Source: a virus | Direction: 5' to 3' (one strand) | IMG/VR virus record: IMGVR_UViG_3300020477_001475 | Span: 32,001 to 96,000 of that record | Length of the DNA stretch: 64,000 bases | In this document: positions 26,566 through 36,980 of the stretch, in pieces | How positions within the stretch are numbered: position 1 is the first letter of the stretch | Layout of the letters: each line of letters starts with the position of its first letter | The notes under the pieces: generated by a model | What the model was told of the DNA's origin: nothing | Seen by the model: the letters and a program-made list of their open reading frames with translations, nothing else | Databases searched by the model: none | Translations under genes and position numbers: made by a program

Positions 26566-26773
26566 TGTTTTCTTCCTCCTGTAACAATTGTTTTTTAGTT
26601 TGTTGTTTGTCTTCTTCAGGTACATCTCCTTTAGTATGTTTCCTGAGAAATTCTTCTATATCAATATTTAACCTATTCAATTCATTATAGGCTAAATCAT
26701 GAACAAATTCATCTGCATCTTTATCCAAAATAGTAGTCATCAACTTTTGAATATATGGTCCAAGTTTATTCAT
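26558..26773 (-). CDS. Hypothetical protein
   Basis: 71-aa ORF, GAGGAG RBS. Confidence 0.6.
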   Translation of the reverse strand: MNKLGPYIQKLMTTILDKDADEFVHDLAYNELNRLNIDIEEFLRKHTKGDVPEEDKQQTKKQLLQEEENNV

Positions 26774-26797
26774 AATATTCTCCTCATATATATATAT

Positions 26798-26941
26798 TTA
26801 CTTTTTTCGTTTTTTGGCAATTTTACGATATTCTGATTGTTTCATTTTTCTATTCTTATGTTTCTTATTACCATTTTTCCTTTTAGTTTTTTGGTAATTG
26901 TTAGAATATTCATCCAAATCATATAATTCATCATACTTCAT
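26798..26941 (-). CDS. Small basic protein (47 aa)
   Basis: MKYDELYDLDEYSNNYQKTKRKNGNKKHKNRKMKQSEYRKIAKKRKK; GGAGG RBS. Confidence 0.5.
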   Translation of the reverse strand: MKYDELYDLDEYSNNYQKTKRKNGNKKHKNRKMKQSEYRKIAKKRKK

Positions 26942-26943
26942 TT

Positions 26944-28155
26944 TTAAGCAAAACGCCTCCTTTTATTAACTTTCAAATTAGATTCAATTCTATTCATCAC
27001 TCTTATATTTAAGTGAAATATATCATATTCCATTTCACCTATCTCTCCACTTTCATCAATAATTTTTTGTATGTCAAAAATAAATTGTAATTTTTCTTGT
27101 ACATTATTTTCTGTAATTTCTCTACCACTAAATCTTAAAATTATATCATTATCTTTTTTATAATCATATAACTTAATTTTTTCAGATAATAAAATCATCG
27201 TATTTGGTTGTTCATTGGAAATATATTTAGATATTAATTCTTTACTACTATTAAACAAATGATTGTGTTTAACATAAATGGTAGAAGCCCATGGTTCTAA
27301 AGCGTGTAATTTACCCAAATCACATTCATCTACAACCAATCCTATATCATATTTGGGTGGTACAGTCATATCTCTATTTTCATCCCAAACACCACTTGGC
27401 CAACACCCCCATTTCCTAACAAAGTTTCTTATGGACTTATTATATTGATTATCTATGTCTATATGACCTTCTTCTCTTTGCCGAACACTTTTGCTTGGCA
27501 TATGATAAACAGCAGTTTCAAATAATTGACAATACTTCGCACCACTCATCTTTATTCTTAAATAAAAGTCATCGTCATCCACCATATATTTCAAAAACAA
27601 TAAGTCATTTCCACCAACTTTATCATAAAGTGTTTTTTTGATCATCCATGGAAAAAACATTCTTTGTTCTACTCTACCTTTACTATCTTCAATGTTCTTT
27701 TCATGCCAATTAATAAATTTATTTTCTTTAAATTCTTCAGATCTTGTACCAAAATCAATTAAAAATTTATCAATCGATTCTGGATAACCTATATTTGGTT
27801 CAACTCTTAAAGGTGTAATGAAATCATATTCTTTCATATACTTTAACATAATTTCATCAAACTTGGGTGGTACATACATATCTGAATGCAACATACACAC
27901 AATTTCATTAGAAGCCAATTCAACCATTTTATTATAAGAATAGGCTATTCCAATATTTTCTTCATTTCTATGAATAACCATGTTTATATCTTGTGATTTC
28001 AATTCTTGTAATAATTCCCAAGTACCATCTTTAGAACCATCATCCATCATAACTATTTCATGTCTATAACCAAGATTTTTCCTAATAGAGTTGTAACACC
28101 ATTTAGTATATTTCTTAGTATTAAAATTGGATATTATGAAACTAATAGTTTTCAT
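26944..28155 (-). CDS. GT2-family glycosyltransferase with C-terminal extension
   Basis: ISFII...MDDGSKDGT...N.GIAYSYN...LHSDM...DDDFYLR. Confidence 0.85.
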   Translation of the reverse strand: MKTISFIISNFNTKKYTKWCYNSIRKNLGYRHEIVMMDDGSKDGTWELLQELKSQDINMVIHRNEENIGIAYSYNKMVELASNEIVCMLHSDMYVPPKFDEIMLKYMKEYDFITPLRVEPNIGYPESIDKFLIDFGTRSEEFKENKFINWHEKNIEDSKGRVEQRMFFPWMIKKTLYDKVGGNDLLFLKYMVDDDDFYLRIKMSGAKYCQLFETAVYHMPSKSVRQREEGHIDIDNQYNKSIRNFVRKWGCWPSGVWDENRDMTVPPKYDIGLVVDECDLGKLHALEPWASTIYVKHNHLFNSSKELISKYISNEQPNTMILLSEKIKLYDYKKDNDIILRFSGREITENNVQEKLQFIFDIQKIIDESGEIGEMEYDIFHLNIRVMNRIESNLKVNKRRRFA

Positions 28156-28883
28156 TTATTAAATTCCTTTATTTCTTCTAACTGAATTTTAATATTTGGT
28201 GTTTCTATAGTTGGTACAAGACATTTATCTATTTTCAAAGAATCATTTTTATTTATTTCAACATCTTTTCCATAAACATCCTTCATTATATTTAATAATT
28301 CATATTTAGAAATACATTCAGTTGCTGGTATATTTAAATCTTTATAGTTATCCCAATTAGACATCATATCATAGGCAACTTTAGCCCATTGTAGTGTGGT
28401 ATTACCATTCCAATAACATTCACTATAACCACCTATACTATCATCTTCAACATTCAAAAACCATTCTAATAAACTTGCTTCAGTATTTAATTCTGGTCCA
28501 ATGATAGATGTTTTTATAATTTTAGTCATCCTACCATCTTCTAAAATATATTCGGCAGCTTTTCTTTTAGAATTTCCATAATCATCATCATCTATTTCAC
28601 AATCAGTTCCTGGGTGTATTATATAACAACCTATATTTTCATCTAACCATATAGGTAAATCTACATTAACATCAAAATCATTTGTTCTTTGGTGTATAGC
28701 ACCTATACAATTTATTATATAACCACCATTTTCACTCCACCAAAAATCTGTAACGAAATCCTTAAATTCCCTTGTAGGCCACCTTAAATCTGTAGTAACT
28801 ACTTTGCAGTCACCTTTAGTAGATAGATACTTGTAAACCATATGTCCTAACATACCTTTATGTCCTAAAATTAAAACTTTCAT
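28152..28883 (-). CDS. dTDP-4-dehydrorhamnose reductase-like SDR
   Basis: GHKGMLG, IINCIG, YGNSK, TSIIGPE. Confidence 0.8.
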   Translation of the reverse strand: MKVLILGHKGMLGHMVYKYLSTKGDCKVVTTDLRWPTREFKDFVTDFWWSENGGYIINCIGAIHQRTNDFDVNVDLPIWLDENIGCYIIHPGTDCEIDDDDYGNSKRKAAEYILEDGRMTKIIKTSIIGPELNTEASLLEWFLNVEDDSIGGYSECYWNGNTTLQWAKVAYDMMSNWDNYKDLNIPATECISKYELLNIMKDVYGKDVEINKNDSLKIDKCLVPTIETPNIKIQLEEIKEFNK

Positions 28884-28887
28884 ATGA

Positions 28888-29301
28888 CTATCTCCTCTCT
28901 ATATTCCAAATGTTCCATTTATCCCATTCAAATCTAATATCATCACCCATACTATCTTCTAATGTAGATGTTGAAAAGAATAAAACTTTTGTATTATCTT
29001 GCAAATTCATAAAACCATTAGCATATCCTGGAGGTATATACAAAATTTGTGGTTTACTTGATGACAATACGAATCTATCTATTTCTTCAGTTTTCATATT
29101 AACAGCACCTATTAAAATAGCACCATTGGGAACAAAAACATACTTGCCTTCATTTTCATGTCCATGCCAAGCTCTGATAAATCCTTTTTCATGATTTTCA
29201 ACCATATAAAATCTCTTAACATTTTTAAAATCAAAATCATTAACAAATGATAATTGACCTCTATCATCTACGGCAACACCACCATTCATAACTTTTACCA
29301 T
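28888..29301 (-). CDS. Cupin NDP-sugar epimerase/isomerase (RmlC/WxcM-like)
   Basis: DDRG...RAWHGH..E...LYIPPGYANGF. Confidence 0.8.
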   Translation of the reverse strand: MVKVMNGGVAVDDRGQLSFVNDFDFKNVKRFYMVENHEKGFIRAWHGHENEGKYVFVPNGAILIGAVNMKTEEIDRFVLSSSKPQILYIPPGYANGFMNLQDNTKVLFFSTSTLEDSMGDDIRFEWDKWNIWNIERR

Positions 29302-29588
29302 ATTCTTAACCTCCCTAATATTATATCCTTAAACATTAACCAGTCTGACAATTTAGCATATAATGGATTTACAAATGCAGCTGGTTTATTACCTTCAAAA
29401 AAATAATGACCACTCCAAGCAAATGGGTATATTACAAATGGAATCAATGGAATTAAAAACCAATACCAATTATACAATACAAATATTGTAAATGATATTG
29501 TAACCCATTGGCCAATGAAATGTAATAACCTACACTTTGGATGTTCGTGTAATGTTAAATAGTATTTATAATATTCTTTAATTCCCAT
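29295..29588 (-). CDS. DUF962 (Mpo1-like) membrane protein
   Basis: YLTLH.HP.CRLLHFIG...AWSGHYFFEGNKPAAF. Confidence 0.8.
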   Translation of the reverse strand: MGIKEYYKYYLTLHEHPKCRLLHFIGQWVTISFTIFVLYNWYWFLIPLIPFVIYPFAWSGHYFFEGNKPAAFVNPLYAKLSDWLMFKDIILGRLRIW

Positions 29589-30537
29589 TTTGTTCTCCTA
29601 TATATTTAGCATTACTATAAAGGTTACTATAAGGATTTCTTATTCTATTACTTTCAAATATATCTGCTAATTCTTTGATACTATCTTCTAAACTAATATG
29701 TGGTGACCATCCAGTAGCATCTACATATTTTTTAGAACTTACATGATAATCTCTCAAATCTTCATATTTCATATCTATATATTCAATATCAACATCACCC
29801 AAAACCTTATATATAGTTTCACCCAAATCTTTTATTTCTACATTTTTATCAGAAACATTATATATACCATTCAACGATTTCATATTACTCATATTCAAAT
29901 TAGTTTGATATAAAATATCAGCTACATCTCTAACATGTATTATTGGTCTCCATTGAGATCCACCAAAAACAGTTAATTTTTCACCCCTAATTGCCTTCAA
30001 TGTAAGTATATTGATTACCAAATCTAATCTAGGTCTACTAAATCTATCACCAAATCCGTGTACTGTACCTAATCTGTATATAACAGAATTTCCTCTATCC
30101 AATAACATCTTTTCAGCTTCCAACTTTGTGGATGCATATATAGACAAAGGATTTGTAGGTGATTTTTCATTGAGGTTTCTTTTTCTATTTGCACCATAAA
30201 CAGAACAAGTACTTGTAAAAATAATTCTACCATTATAATTATCACATAACCACTTAACTGGTTCTTGATTTATATTTATCGTAGTTTCAGGATCCACAGC
30301 ACATGCCCCATCACCTACTAAAGCAGCTAACCATATAACAGTATCATAATTATTTATAATTTTACCCAATTTTTTATAATCCCTGATATCACCATATATT
30401 AAATTTATATCTTTCAAATATAAATCTTCATACACTAATGAATCATAAACATCCACATCAAACATAGTTTTTCTAAATCTATCAGTCAATGCACCACCTA
30501 TATAACCTGCACCACCAACTATTAATATTTTTTTCAT
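29578..30537 (-). CDS. NAD-dependent sugar epimerase/dehydratase
   Basis: GGAGYIG, LAALVGD, STCSVYG, YASTK, RLDLVIN. Confidence 0.88.
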   Translation of the reverse strand: MKKILIVGGAGYIGGALTDRFRKTMFDVDVYDSLVYEDLYLKDINLIYGDIRDYKKLGKIINNYDTVIWLAALVGDGACAVDPETTININQEPVKWLCDNYNGRIIFTSTCSVYGANRKRNLNEKSPTNPLSIYASTKLEAEKMLLDRGNSVIYRLGTVHGFGDRFSRPRLDLVINILTLKAIRGEKLTVFGGSQWRPIIHVRDVADILYQTNLNMSNMKSLNGIYNVSDKNVEIKDLGETIYKVLGDVDIEYIDMKYEDLRDYHVSSKKYVDATGWSPHISLEDSIKELADIFESNRIRNPYSNLYSNAKYIGEQNGN

Positions 30538-31101
30538 CTAATTATTCCCCTTTTTTTCAGTATATAAAATTATTCTTATAGCAGAATCCGCTGAATTACT
30601 TCTATGTGATGATGATTGTTTAATAATATTAAAATATTTTTCCACAGTTTCTTTTTGGTCTGGATTTATTTCAAATACAGCATAATCACAATTCATTTTA
30701 GATAAAGTCAAGTCTTGATTTTCACAATGATGTAACATATTCAAACACAAAGCTATATCACATTCAGGGGTATCTTCACCTCCAACCCATTCTAAAAATT
30801 CCATATCAACACCAGAAAATTCAGTTATTAATTTAGCTGTTGGTATAACAGGTGGTGTTGCATCCAAACCAATTACTTTTTTGGCTCCTTTTTTCATAAC
30901 TTGTATACCAAAATAAGCATGAAAACATCCTAAATCACATACTGTTTTATCTATCCAATCTATTCCAAGTTCGTTTATAGTTTTCCAAGATTCGTAAGAT
31001 TTAGAATAACCAATAAAATCTAATATTTCAATATCTTGGTAATACTTATCATAATCTTGAGAATCTAAATATTGTCTAAGTTGTTCTTTATTTTCAATCA
31101 T
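30538..31101 (-). CDS. Class I SAM-dependent methyltransferase
   Basis: VCDLGCFHAYFG, VIGLD, LCLNMLHH. Confidence 0.75.
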   Translation of the reverse strand: MIENKEQLRQYLDSQDYDKYYQDIEILDFIGYSKSYESWKTINELGIDWIDKTVCDLGCFHAYFGIQVMKKGAKKVIGLDATPPVIPTAKLITEFSGVDMEFLEWVGGEDTPECDIALCLNMLHHCENQDLTLSKMNCDYAVFEINPDQKETVEKYFNIIKQSSSHRSNSADSAIRIILYTEKKGNN

Positions 31102-31111
31102 ATTATTTCCC

Positions 31112-31618
31112 TCATGGTACTATTGGTTCATTATCAATACTGTTATCATAAATATAAAAATCACCACGTATATGTGAATTTACCAAATTATCATCCACCC
31201 ATTTACTATAAAAATCTTTATAATTTTTTTTATATTCATCTAAATTTTCTTCTTTATAAAAATATTTTGATTTTAATCTACCCAACCACACATCAATATC
31301 ACCACATTCCACTAAAATAATAGTACAATTATTATTCAAATAATAATCTTCAAATGATTTTATTGGATTTTCTGGTGGTACAGCATCCATTATTAATTTA
31401 TCACCATTTTCAATCAGTTTAAAAATATTTTTTATACCTTTGTCAGGATCATGATAAGGATAATTTTTATCAAAACTAATAAATTTATAATCTCCATTCT
31501 TTTCTACAAATTTTTTAGAAAAATGTGTTTTCCCTGAACCGAATAAACCAGTTACAAATATTTTAGATTTAAAATTACTACTGCCCATACTTTTTAGTTT
31601 CTGCATTAAAACCTCCAA
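31112..31618 (-). CDS. P-loop nucleotide/sugar kinase-like protein
   Basis: IFVTGLFGSGKT Walker A; ISFD. Confidence 0.65.
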   Translation of the reverse strand: MEVLMQKLKSMGSSNFKSKIFVTGLFGSGKTHFSKKFVEKNGDYKFISFDKNYPYHDPDKGIKNIFKLIENGDKLIMDAVPPENPIKSFEDYYLNNNCTIILVECGDIDVWLGRLKSKYFYKEENLDEYKKNYKDFYSKWVDDNLVNSHIRGDFYIYDNSIDNEPIVP

Positions 31619-31928
31619 TATCTATTTTTTCTATATTTCTTTTTATTGTTGTTGATAACTTTTCATCTATACATCTTTTCAACCTAGCCCGTTCTTCAAC
31701 TAACCTAACATCCTCAACAGACGCCCAAGAACAGAATTCAGAATCATTCTTATTGTCCATTACTCTATCTTTTAATGTAAATAATTTGAAATTAACAATC
31801 GATAATCTATCAACCAATTCACCCATACTTAAAAGTTGTTCAAAACTGTTATCACAATCATAACTACCATCATAATTATCCACTGAATCCTTTATAATCA
31901 AATCTATATTTTCACTAAACTTATTCAT
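31578..31928 (-). CDS. Small helical protein (DUF4254-like)
   Basis: SMGELVDRLSIVNFKLF...ERARLKRCID...KKYG. Confidence 0.55.
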   Translation of the reverse strand: MNKFSENIDLIIKDSVDNYDGSYDCDNSFEQLLSMGELVDRLSIVNFKLFTLKDRVMDNKNDSEFCSWASVEDVRLVEERARLKRCIDEKLSTTIKRNIEKIDIGGFNAETKKYGQ

Positions 31929-32917
31929 ATATTTAAATTCCTATACCAATTATGTATTTCCTCTACACCATAATATAATACAGTTTCAGCTTCAAATCCT
32001 AACATTTTTTTAGCTTTTTTCACTGATGGTACTCTTTTTTGGACATCGTGTTTAAATGATTCAGTTTTAATTATATTTGGTTTCCCTTTTTTACCAGATA
32101 TATCCCATATCATATTAACCAATTCCAAAACACTTGTTTCTTGGTCACTACCCAGATTAAAGGATTCATTCTTGGCTTCTGGGTGTGTAACTAATGTTAC
32201 AATACCTTTAGCTAAATCTTTAACTTGTGTGAAACATCTTGTTTGATTTCCCTGACCTAAAATTCTAACACTACCATTGGTTGACATATTTACTTTATAA
32301 AATAAGTCAGGTATAACGTGTGCAGATCCAACTTCCAATTCACCATCAACAATCTTTGGTTCTTCACCAGGTCCATAAGCATTAAATGGTATCGCAATTG
32401 AATATTCCATACCTTTTTCTTCTGAAACAGCTTTTAACATCCATTCACCGATTAATTTTGATTGCCCATATGCAGTTTTGGGTGGTAGTGTTTCTCCTAT
32501 ATGCCCTTCTTCATGTGGGTACAAATCTGAACCTTCATAAACCATAGATGATGATATGTAAACAAATCTTTTAACACCCACTTCAGAAGCTGCATCCATA
32601 ACACATGCATTTATTCTTGAATTATCATTTATCATAGATTGTGGTTTTTTATGAAAATGACCAATACCACCTATCTTAGCTGCAGCGTGTATCACATAAT
32701 CTTGGCCCGCCAAAGCATTTCTAGCTCCACCCATTGTAGACAAATCCAATTGTTTAAAAGTGATACCTTTAATAAATGGTTTATCTGTGGGTGATAGACT
32801 CTCTGGATTCGATAAATCATCAACAACAGTTACATCCCAATTACCATCTTGCAATAATCTATCAACAATATGTCTCCCAATAAAACCACAACCACCAGTA
32901 ACAAGTATTTTATTCAT
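31925..32917 (-). CDS. NAD-dependent sugar epimerase/dehydratase
   Basis: VTGGCGFIG, HAAAKIGG, SSSMVYE, YGQSK, PFNAYGPGE. Confidence 0.9.
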   Translation of the reverse strand: MNKILVTGGCGFIGRHIVDRLLQDGNWDVTVVDDLSNPESLSPTDKPFIKGITFKQLDLSTMGGARNALAGQDYVIHAAAKIGGIGHFHKKPQSMINDNSRINACVMDAASEVGVKRFVYISSSMVYEGSDLYPHEEGHIGETLPPKTAYGQSKLIGEWMLKAVSEEKGMEYSIAIPFNAYGPGEEPKIVDGELEVGSAHVIPDLFYKVNMSTNGSVRILGQGNQTRCFTQVKDLAKGIVTLVTHPEAKNESFNLGSDQETSVLELVNMIWDISGKKGKPNIIKTESFKHDVQKRVPSVKKAKKMLGFEAETVLYYGVEEIHNWYRNLNI

Positions 32918-32926
32918 ATATAACTC

Positions 32927-34237
32927 CTACCATTTTTTAAAAAAATTATCCAATGACGAAATAATCTTATTCATATGTTCGTCAGTGTTTATTTGCGAAA
33001 CGCCTAACATCAAAAATCTTTCAAGAATAATGTCTGAATTTTTATGTTCATCACCATAAACATCAAACAAATGTTTTTTATTAGTATAAGCTGGATGTTT
33101 CAATAAATTAGCTCCAAACAATACTCTACTTTCTATTTTATCTTTCTGTAAATGATTTATTAAATGTTTCCTTTTAAATTTAGAATTTTCAGGTAATATA
33201 AATGGAAACGCGAATGGAGATGTTTCATCATCAATTTCCCATATATGTATATCATGTTCAAGTTTTGTAAAATAATCATAAAGCTTTTTATAATTTTTTC
33301 TTCTTATATCATTAAATTCATCTATCCTATCCAATTGATTAAATAATATAGCACTTTGAAGTTCTAATGGTTTTAGATTATAACCCAACCATTCATATTG
33401 ATAATTAACCATATAATCATCAGGAAGTTCACATTGAGATGTTAATTTTGTTGATGGACAAAAAGCTTCAGGATTAACTGACCTTATACAACAATTAGAT
33501 GATGCACAAAATCTACCCCAATTTCTAAAACCCCTCATTGCCAAATGTAAATTGTTATCATTAGTAACTATACCACCACCTTCACCCATAGTAACATGAT
33601 GTGCAACATAAAAACTAAATGTTGATGCTTTACCATATGATTGAATTGGTTGACCTTTATATTTAGTACCATAAGCATCACATGCATCAAAAAATACATG
33701 TATATTTTTAGTCCTAGCTATATCTAAAATCCTATCAATATCACTTTTAAAACCTAATGTATGTGCAACAAAAACACCCTTAATATCTTCCTTATCGACT
33801 ATTTCTTCAAATAAATCAGGTGATAAATTTAATGTATTTATATCAATATCAGCAAAAACAGGTCTTAAATTATTTTGTATTATTGGATTAACTGTAGTTG
33901 GAAATCCACATGACAAAGTTAAAATTTTATCATTATCTTTAAAATAACATTCTTTAGCTGCTGACATCAATAAAAGATTTGCTGAACTACCAGAATTTGT
34001 TACTAACCCATAATTTCTACCAGATATTTCAGCTAATTTAGTTTCCGAATTAAAAGTATATTTACCACCAGACCACCATTCACTAAAAATAGCATCCATC
34101 ATAGATGCGTATTCCTTTTTACCTATTTTTGGTCCAGAATATCTAACTTTATTTAAAGAATTTTCTTCATCCCTCTTATCAACCCAATATTCCATCAAAA
34201 TTTTAATTTGTTTTTCTAAATCATTTTTATTTATCAT
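32927..34237 (-). CDS. rfbH: RfbH/DdhC-type NDP-4-keto-6-deoxyhexose 3-dehydratase (DegT/DnrJ family)
   Basis: NSGSSANLL, FPTTVNP, AHTLG, SFYVAHHVTMGEGG (His in place of the Schiff-base Lys), WGRFC Cys cluster, GYNLKP. Confidence 0.8.
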   Translation of the reverse strand: MINKNDLEKQIKILMEYWVDKRDEENSLNKVRYSGPKIGKKEYASMMDAIFSEWWSGGKYTFNSETKLAEISGRNYGLVTNSGSSANLLLMSAAKECYFKDNDKILTLSCGFPTTVNPIIQNNLRPVFADIDINTLNLSPDLFEEIVDKEDIKGVFVAHTLGFKSDIDRILDIARTKNIHVFFDACDAYGTKYKGQPIQSYGKASTFSFYVAHHVTMGEGGGIVTNDNNLHLAMRGFRNWGRFCASSNCCIRSVNPEAFCPSTKLTSQCELPDDYMVNYQYEWLGYNLKPLELQSAILFNQLDRIDEFNDIRRKNYKKLYDYFTKLEHDIHIWEIDDETSPFAFPFILPENSKFKRKHLINHLQKDKIESRVLFGANLLKHPAYTNKKHLFDVYGDEHKNSDIILERFLMLGVSQINTDEHMNKIISSLDNFFKKW

Positions 34238-34448
34238 ATTTTTCCTTAAAAAAATTATTTAACTTATCTAAAATTATGTATTCTTTATTTATAAGTTCTT
34301 CACATTTTAACGCTGACTTTTTTCTTATTTTATAATCAATAGAATGATTTCTAGCATCATTGTCAGCCTTCATCCATTCCCACCAAACACTACATAATTC
34401 TGATATATGATCACTAAATTTATTTTTCATTTTTATTATCCATACCAT
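34227..34448 (-). CDS. Hypothetical protein
   Basis: Small helical ORF in the operon. Confidence 0.5.
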   Translation of the reverse strand: MVWIIKMKNKFSDHISELCSVWWEWMKADNDARNHSIDYKIRKKSALKCEELINKEYIILDKLNNFFKEKYDK

Positions 34449-34683
34449 AGGTTTTTATAGTTTTTAAAATTACATTTTTTTCATTACCGTTTACAACATT
34501 TTCTATCTTTTCATCCAAAAATTTTGAAATGATTCCTCTATTTTCATTAAGAACCATCATTTTTTCATTAAGTTCCACATATTCATTATCAGTTAGTCCT
34601 TCTTCATGCAATTTATCTCTTATAGAAAATATTTTAATGTTTTCTATAACAAGTTTATCTATAAAATCGGCTATACTATACAT
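34420..34683 (-). CDS. Small helical protein (DUF4254-like)
   Basis: SIADFIDKLVIENIKIF...LNENR...KTYG; resembles 31578-31928. Confidence 0.55.
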   Translation of the reverse strand: MYSIADFIDKLVIENIKIFSIRDKLHEEGLTDNEYVELNEKMMVLNENRGIISKFLDEKIENVVNGNEKNVILKTIKTYGMDNKNEK

Positions 34684-35417
34684 TTCATTTGCTCCAAATA
34701 TTCTTGCATATCATCTTCCCATGTATCCAATTTAACGAATTTTTTAATTTTATCACACGACATCAAAAATTTACCATAATTATGAAATTTTCTTTTATGT
34801 TTTTTTATTCTTTTTATTTCCAAATTTATATTAAAATATTTTTTTATATATTCACCATATTCATAATGAGAACTATTGCCATCATTTGATAAATTAAAAA
34901 TACCATTTAAATTATTATTAAATAATTCATATTCAACCACCTTCAAAACTTGTTTCAAACTGGTTGGATTAAACATCACATCATCCAACACAACTTCATC
35001 AGAAGTCATTATGTATTCAGTTAACTTATTTTGTTTAATTAAATTGGAATGCCCAAATAACTTACCCAACCTAAATACAACTCCACCATTTTCTACAACT
35101 AATTTTTCACTCATCAACTTGTGTTCACAATATTTATATTCTTTAGTCACATTACTATCTTCCACACATTCATTTTCACCATCATATACATAATAAGAAG
35201 AAAAATGTATTATTTTACTATTAGGATAATTTTTAATAATATCAGAAACAACTTCATAATTTGAAACATATGAAATATCTGAATTATCTTCACAAAATTC
35301 CAAATCTGGTTTACCTATACAATTAATAATATAACCATCAATATCATCTAAAAAATTAATATGATCTTTTAAATATGATCCCAAATACCCACTACTTCCT
35401 AAAATTAAATTATTCAT
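34671..35417 (-). CDS. RmlD-like NDP-sugar reductase
   Basis: GSSGYLG, IINCIG...CE, HFSSYYVYDG, YCEHK. Confidence 0.75.
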   Translation of the reverse strand: MNNLILGSSGYLGSYLKDHINFLDDIDGYIINCIGKPDLEFCEDNSDISYVSNYEVVSDIIKNYPNSKIIHFSSYYVYDGENECVEDSNVTKEYKYCEHKLMSEKLVVENGGVVFRLGKLFGHSNLIKQNKLTEYIMTSDEVVLDDVMFNPTSLKQVLKVVEYELFNNNLNGIFNLSNDGNSSHYEYGEYIKKYFNINLEIKRIKKHKRKFHNYGKFLMSCDKIKKFVKLDTWEDDMQEYLEQMKCIV

Positions 35418-36178
35418 CTTTTATAAATTTTCTTCGTATAAATTGGATGTGGATCTATTTCTTCTTTTTTCCTACTGACATTGGATATATGTGTAGGCGG
35501 ATGCAGTCTATTACCACCACCTAAATGTTCCCAACCAGGCCAACTTGTTTCCCACTTATCTTTAAACACATCATCATTAATACCATCATTCATAGGTAAG
35601 CGATCTTTAACATCACCATCTATCCTAGATTGTGTATCATCATCATCACCATGAGAATAATACCCTTCATTCTTTATGTTGTGAAAAATAATACCATTTT
35701 CAGAAGATCTTATCATAAAATCAACATCAAAATGAGGACCTATACCAAATTCTTCATCAAACCAACCCATTCTGGATATTGCCTTTTTATCAAAGCCAAA
35801 TAATGCATGATTATCAATCAAAACATATTCACACCTATTGGTAATGATTTGATTATATAAGGATTCATACCAACCTGATTTTAAAAAAATAGTATCAGAA
35901 CTTGCAAACATAACATATCTATTATGTGTCAACATCATACCTAAATTCCAAGCTTCTGACAAACTACTTCTATAAGTAGTTTCACATATCCTTATTGTTC
36001 TACCATCTATAGTATTACAAAATTTTCTTAATTCTCTTATAGTTTGTTCTTCTGAAGATGCATCTATTAAACAAAAATCAACTTCTTTTGGACAAGTTTT
36101 ATCTGCTGTAGAAATAGATTTCTTTAATATATCTACTCTATTCCTAAAGGACCAAATCAATGTAAAATTATTACTCAT
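35414..36178 (-). CDS. GT2-like glycosyltransferase
   Basis: LIDASS, SLSEAWNLG, SSDT, GWFDEEF...DVDFMIR. Confidence 0.75.
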   Translation of the reverse strand: MSNNFTLIWSFRNRVDILKKSISTADKTCPKEVDFCLIDASSEEQTIRELRKFCNTIDGRTIRICETTYRSSLSEAWNLGMMLTHNRYVMFASSDTIFLKSGWYESLYNQIITNRCEYVLIDNHALFGFDKKAISRMGWFDEEFGIGPHFDVDFMIRSSENGIIFHNIKNEGYYSHGDDDDTQSRIDGDVKDRLPMNDGINDDVFKDKWETSWPGWEHLGGGNRLHPPTHISNVSRKKEEIDPHPIYTKKIYKR

Positions 36179-36980
36179 TTGAACTTGATTTCCTCATACC
36201 TTTAAACACTGTTGTTTCATATCTTTCATTATCATCCAATATAGTTTTAAATAATTTACCACCAACTTTTAATTCTTTTGCCAACCTATTTAACGCTTTA
36301 GTATCTTTTGGTAAACATACACCACCAAATCCCCTGAAATTTTCATTACAATCCAAATATTTATCTGTAATATGTTTTCTATTTACTACAGCATTTTTCA
36401 CATTAGTATAATTTACACCCAAACCTTCACATATTTCATAAAAACTATTAGCAAATGTAATTAATGTAGCCGCGTAAACATTATTAAAATATTTAACTAA
36501 TTCAGCTTCTGTAACTGATAATTGAATTATATTTCGTGGGTATCTTCCATGTGCTTTTTTGATCAAATTAAATACAGAACTTTTATCAGTACCAATTATA
36601 CATAAATCATGATTTTCACAAAAATCTGTGATTGCACATCTTTCCCTTAAAAACTCGGGTACATAACAAATTTTCCTATCTGGATATTTTTCTTGTAATT
36701 TTTGTGTAGTTCCAGGTTCTACTGTTGATTTAATAGCTATAATACCTTTATAATCAATCTTATTCAATTCAAAAACAACATCCTTAACAATATGAACATT
36801 ACATTTACCATTTTTTAAAGATGGTGTAGGAACGCAAATAAATACAACATCTGTATCCATCACATCTTCTATTGATGTATAATGTCTTGTATCATGAGTA
36901 AATACCTTATGACCTAATTTTTCAAAACCGTACTTTACAGCTGAACCTACTACACCTATACCTACTACACCTATGTTCAT
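36171..36980 (-). CDS. ugd: UDP-glucose/GDP-mannose 6-dehydrogenase, short form without C-terminal domain
   Basis: GIGVVG, FICVPTP, KSTVEPG, PEFLRE, AELVKY, GFGGVCLPKD. Confidence 0.85.
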   Translation of the reverse strand: MNIGVVGIGVVGSAVKYGFEKLGHKVFTHDTRHYTSIEDVMDTDVVFICVPTPSLKNGKCNVHIVKDVVFELNKIDYKGIIAIKSTVEPGTTQKLQEKYPDRKICYVPEFLRERCAITDFCENHDLCIIGTDKSSVFNLIKKAHGRYPRNIIQLSVTEAELVKYFNNVYAATLITFANSFYEICEGLGVNYTNVKNAVVNRKHITDKYLDCNENFRGFGGVCLPKDTKALNRLAKELKVGGKLFKTILDDNERYETTVFKGMRKSSSNE

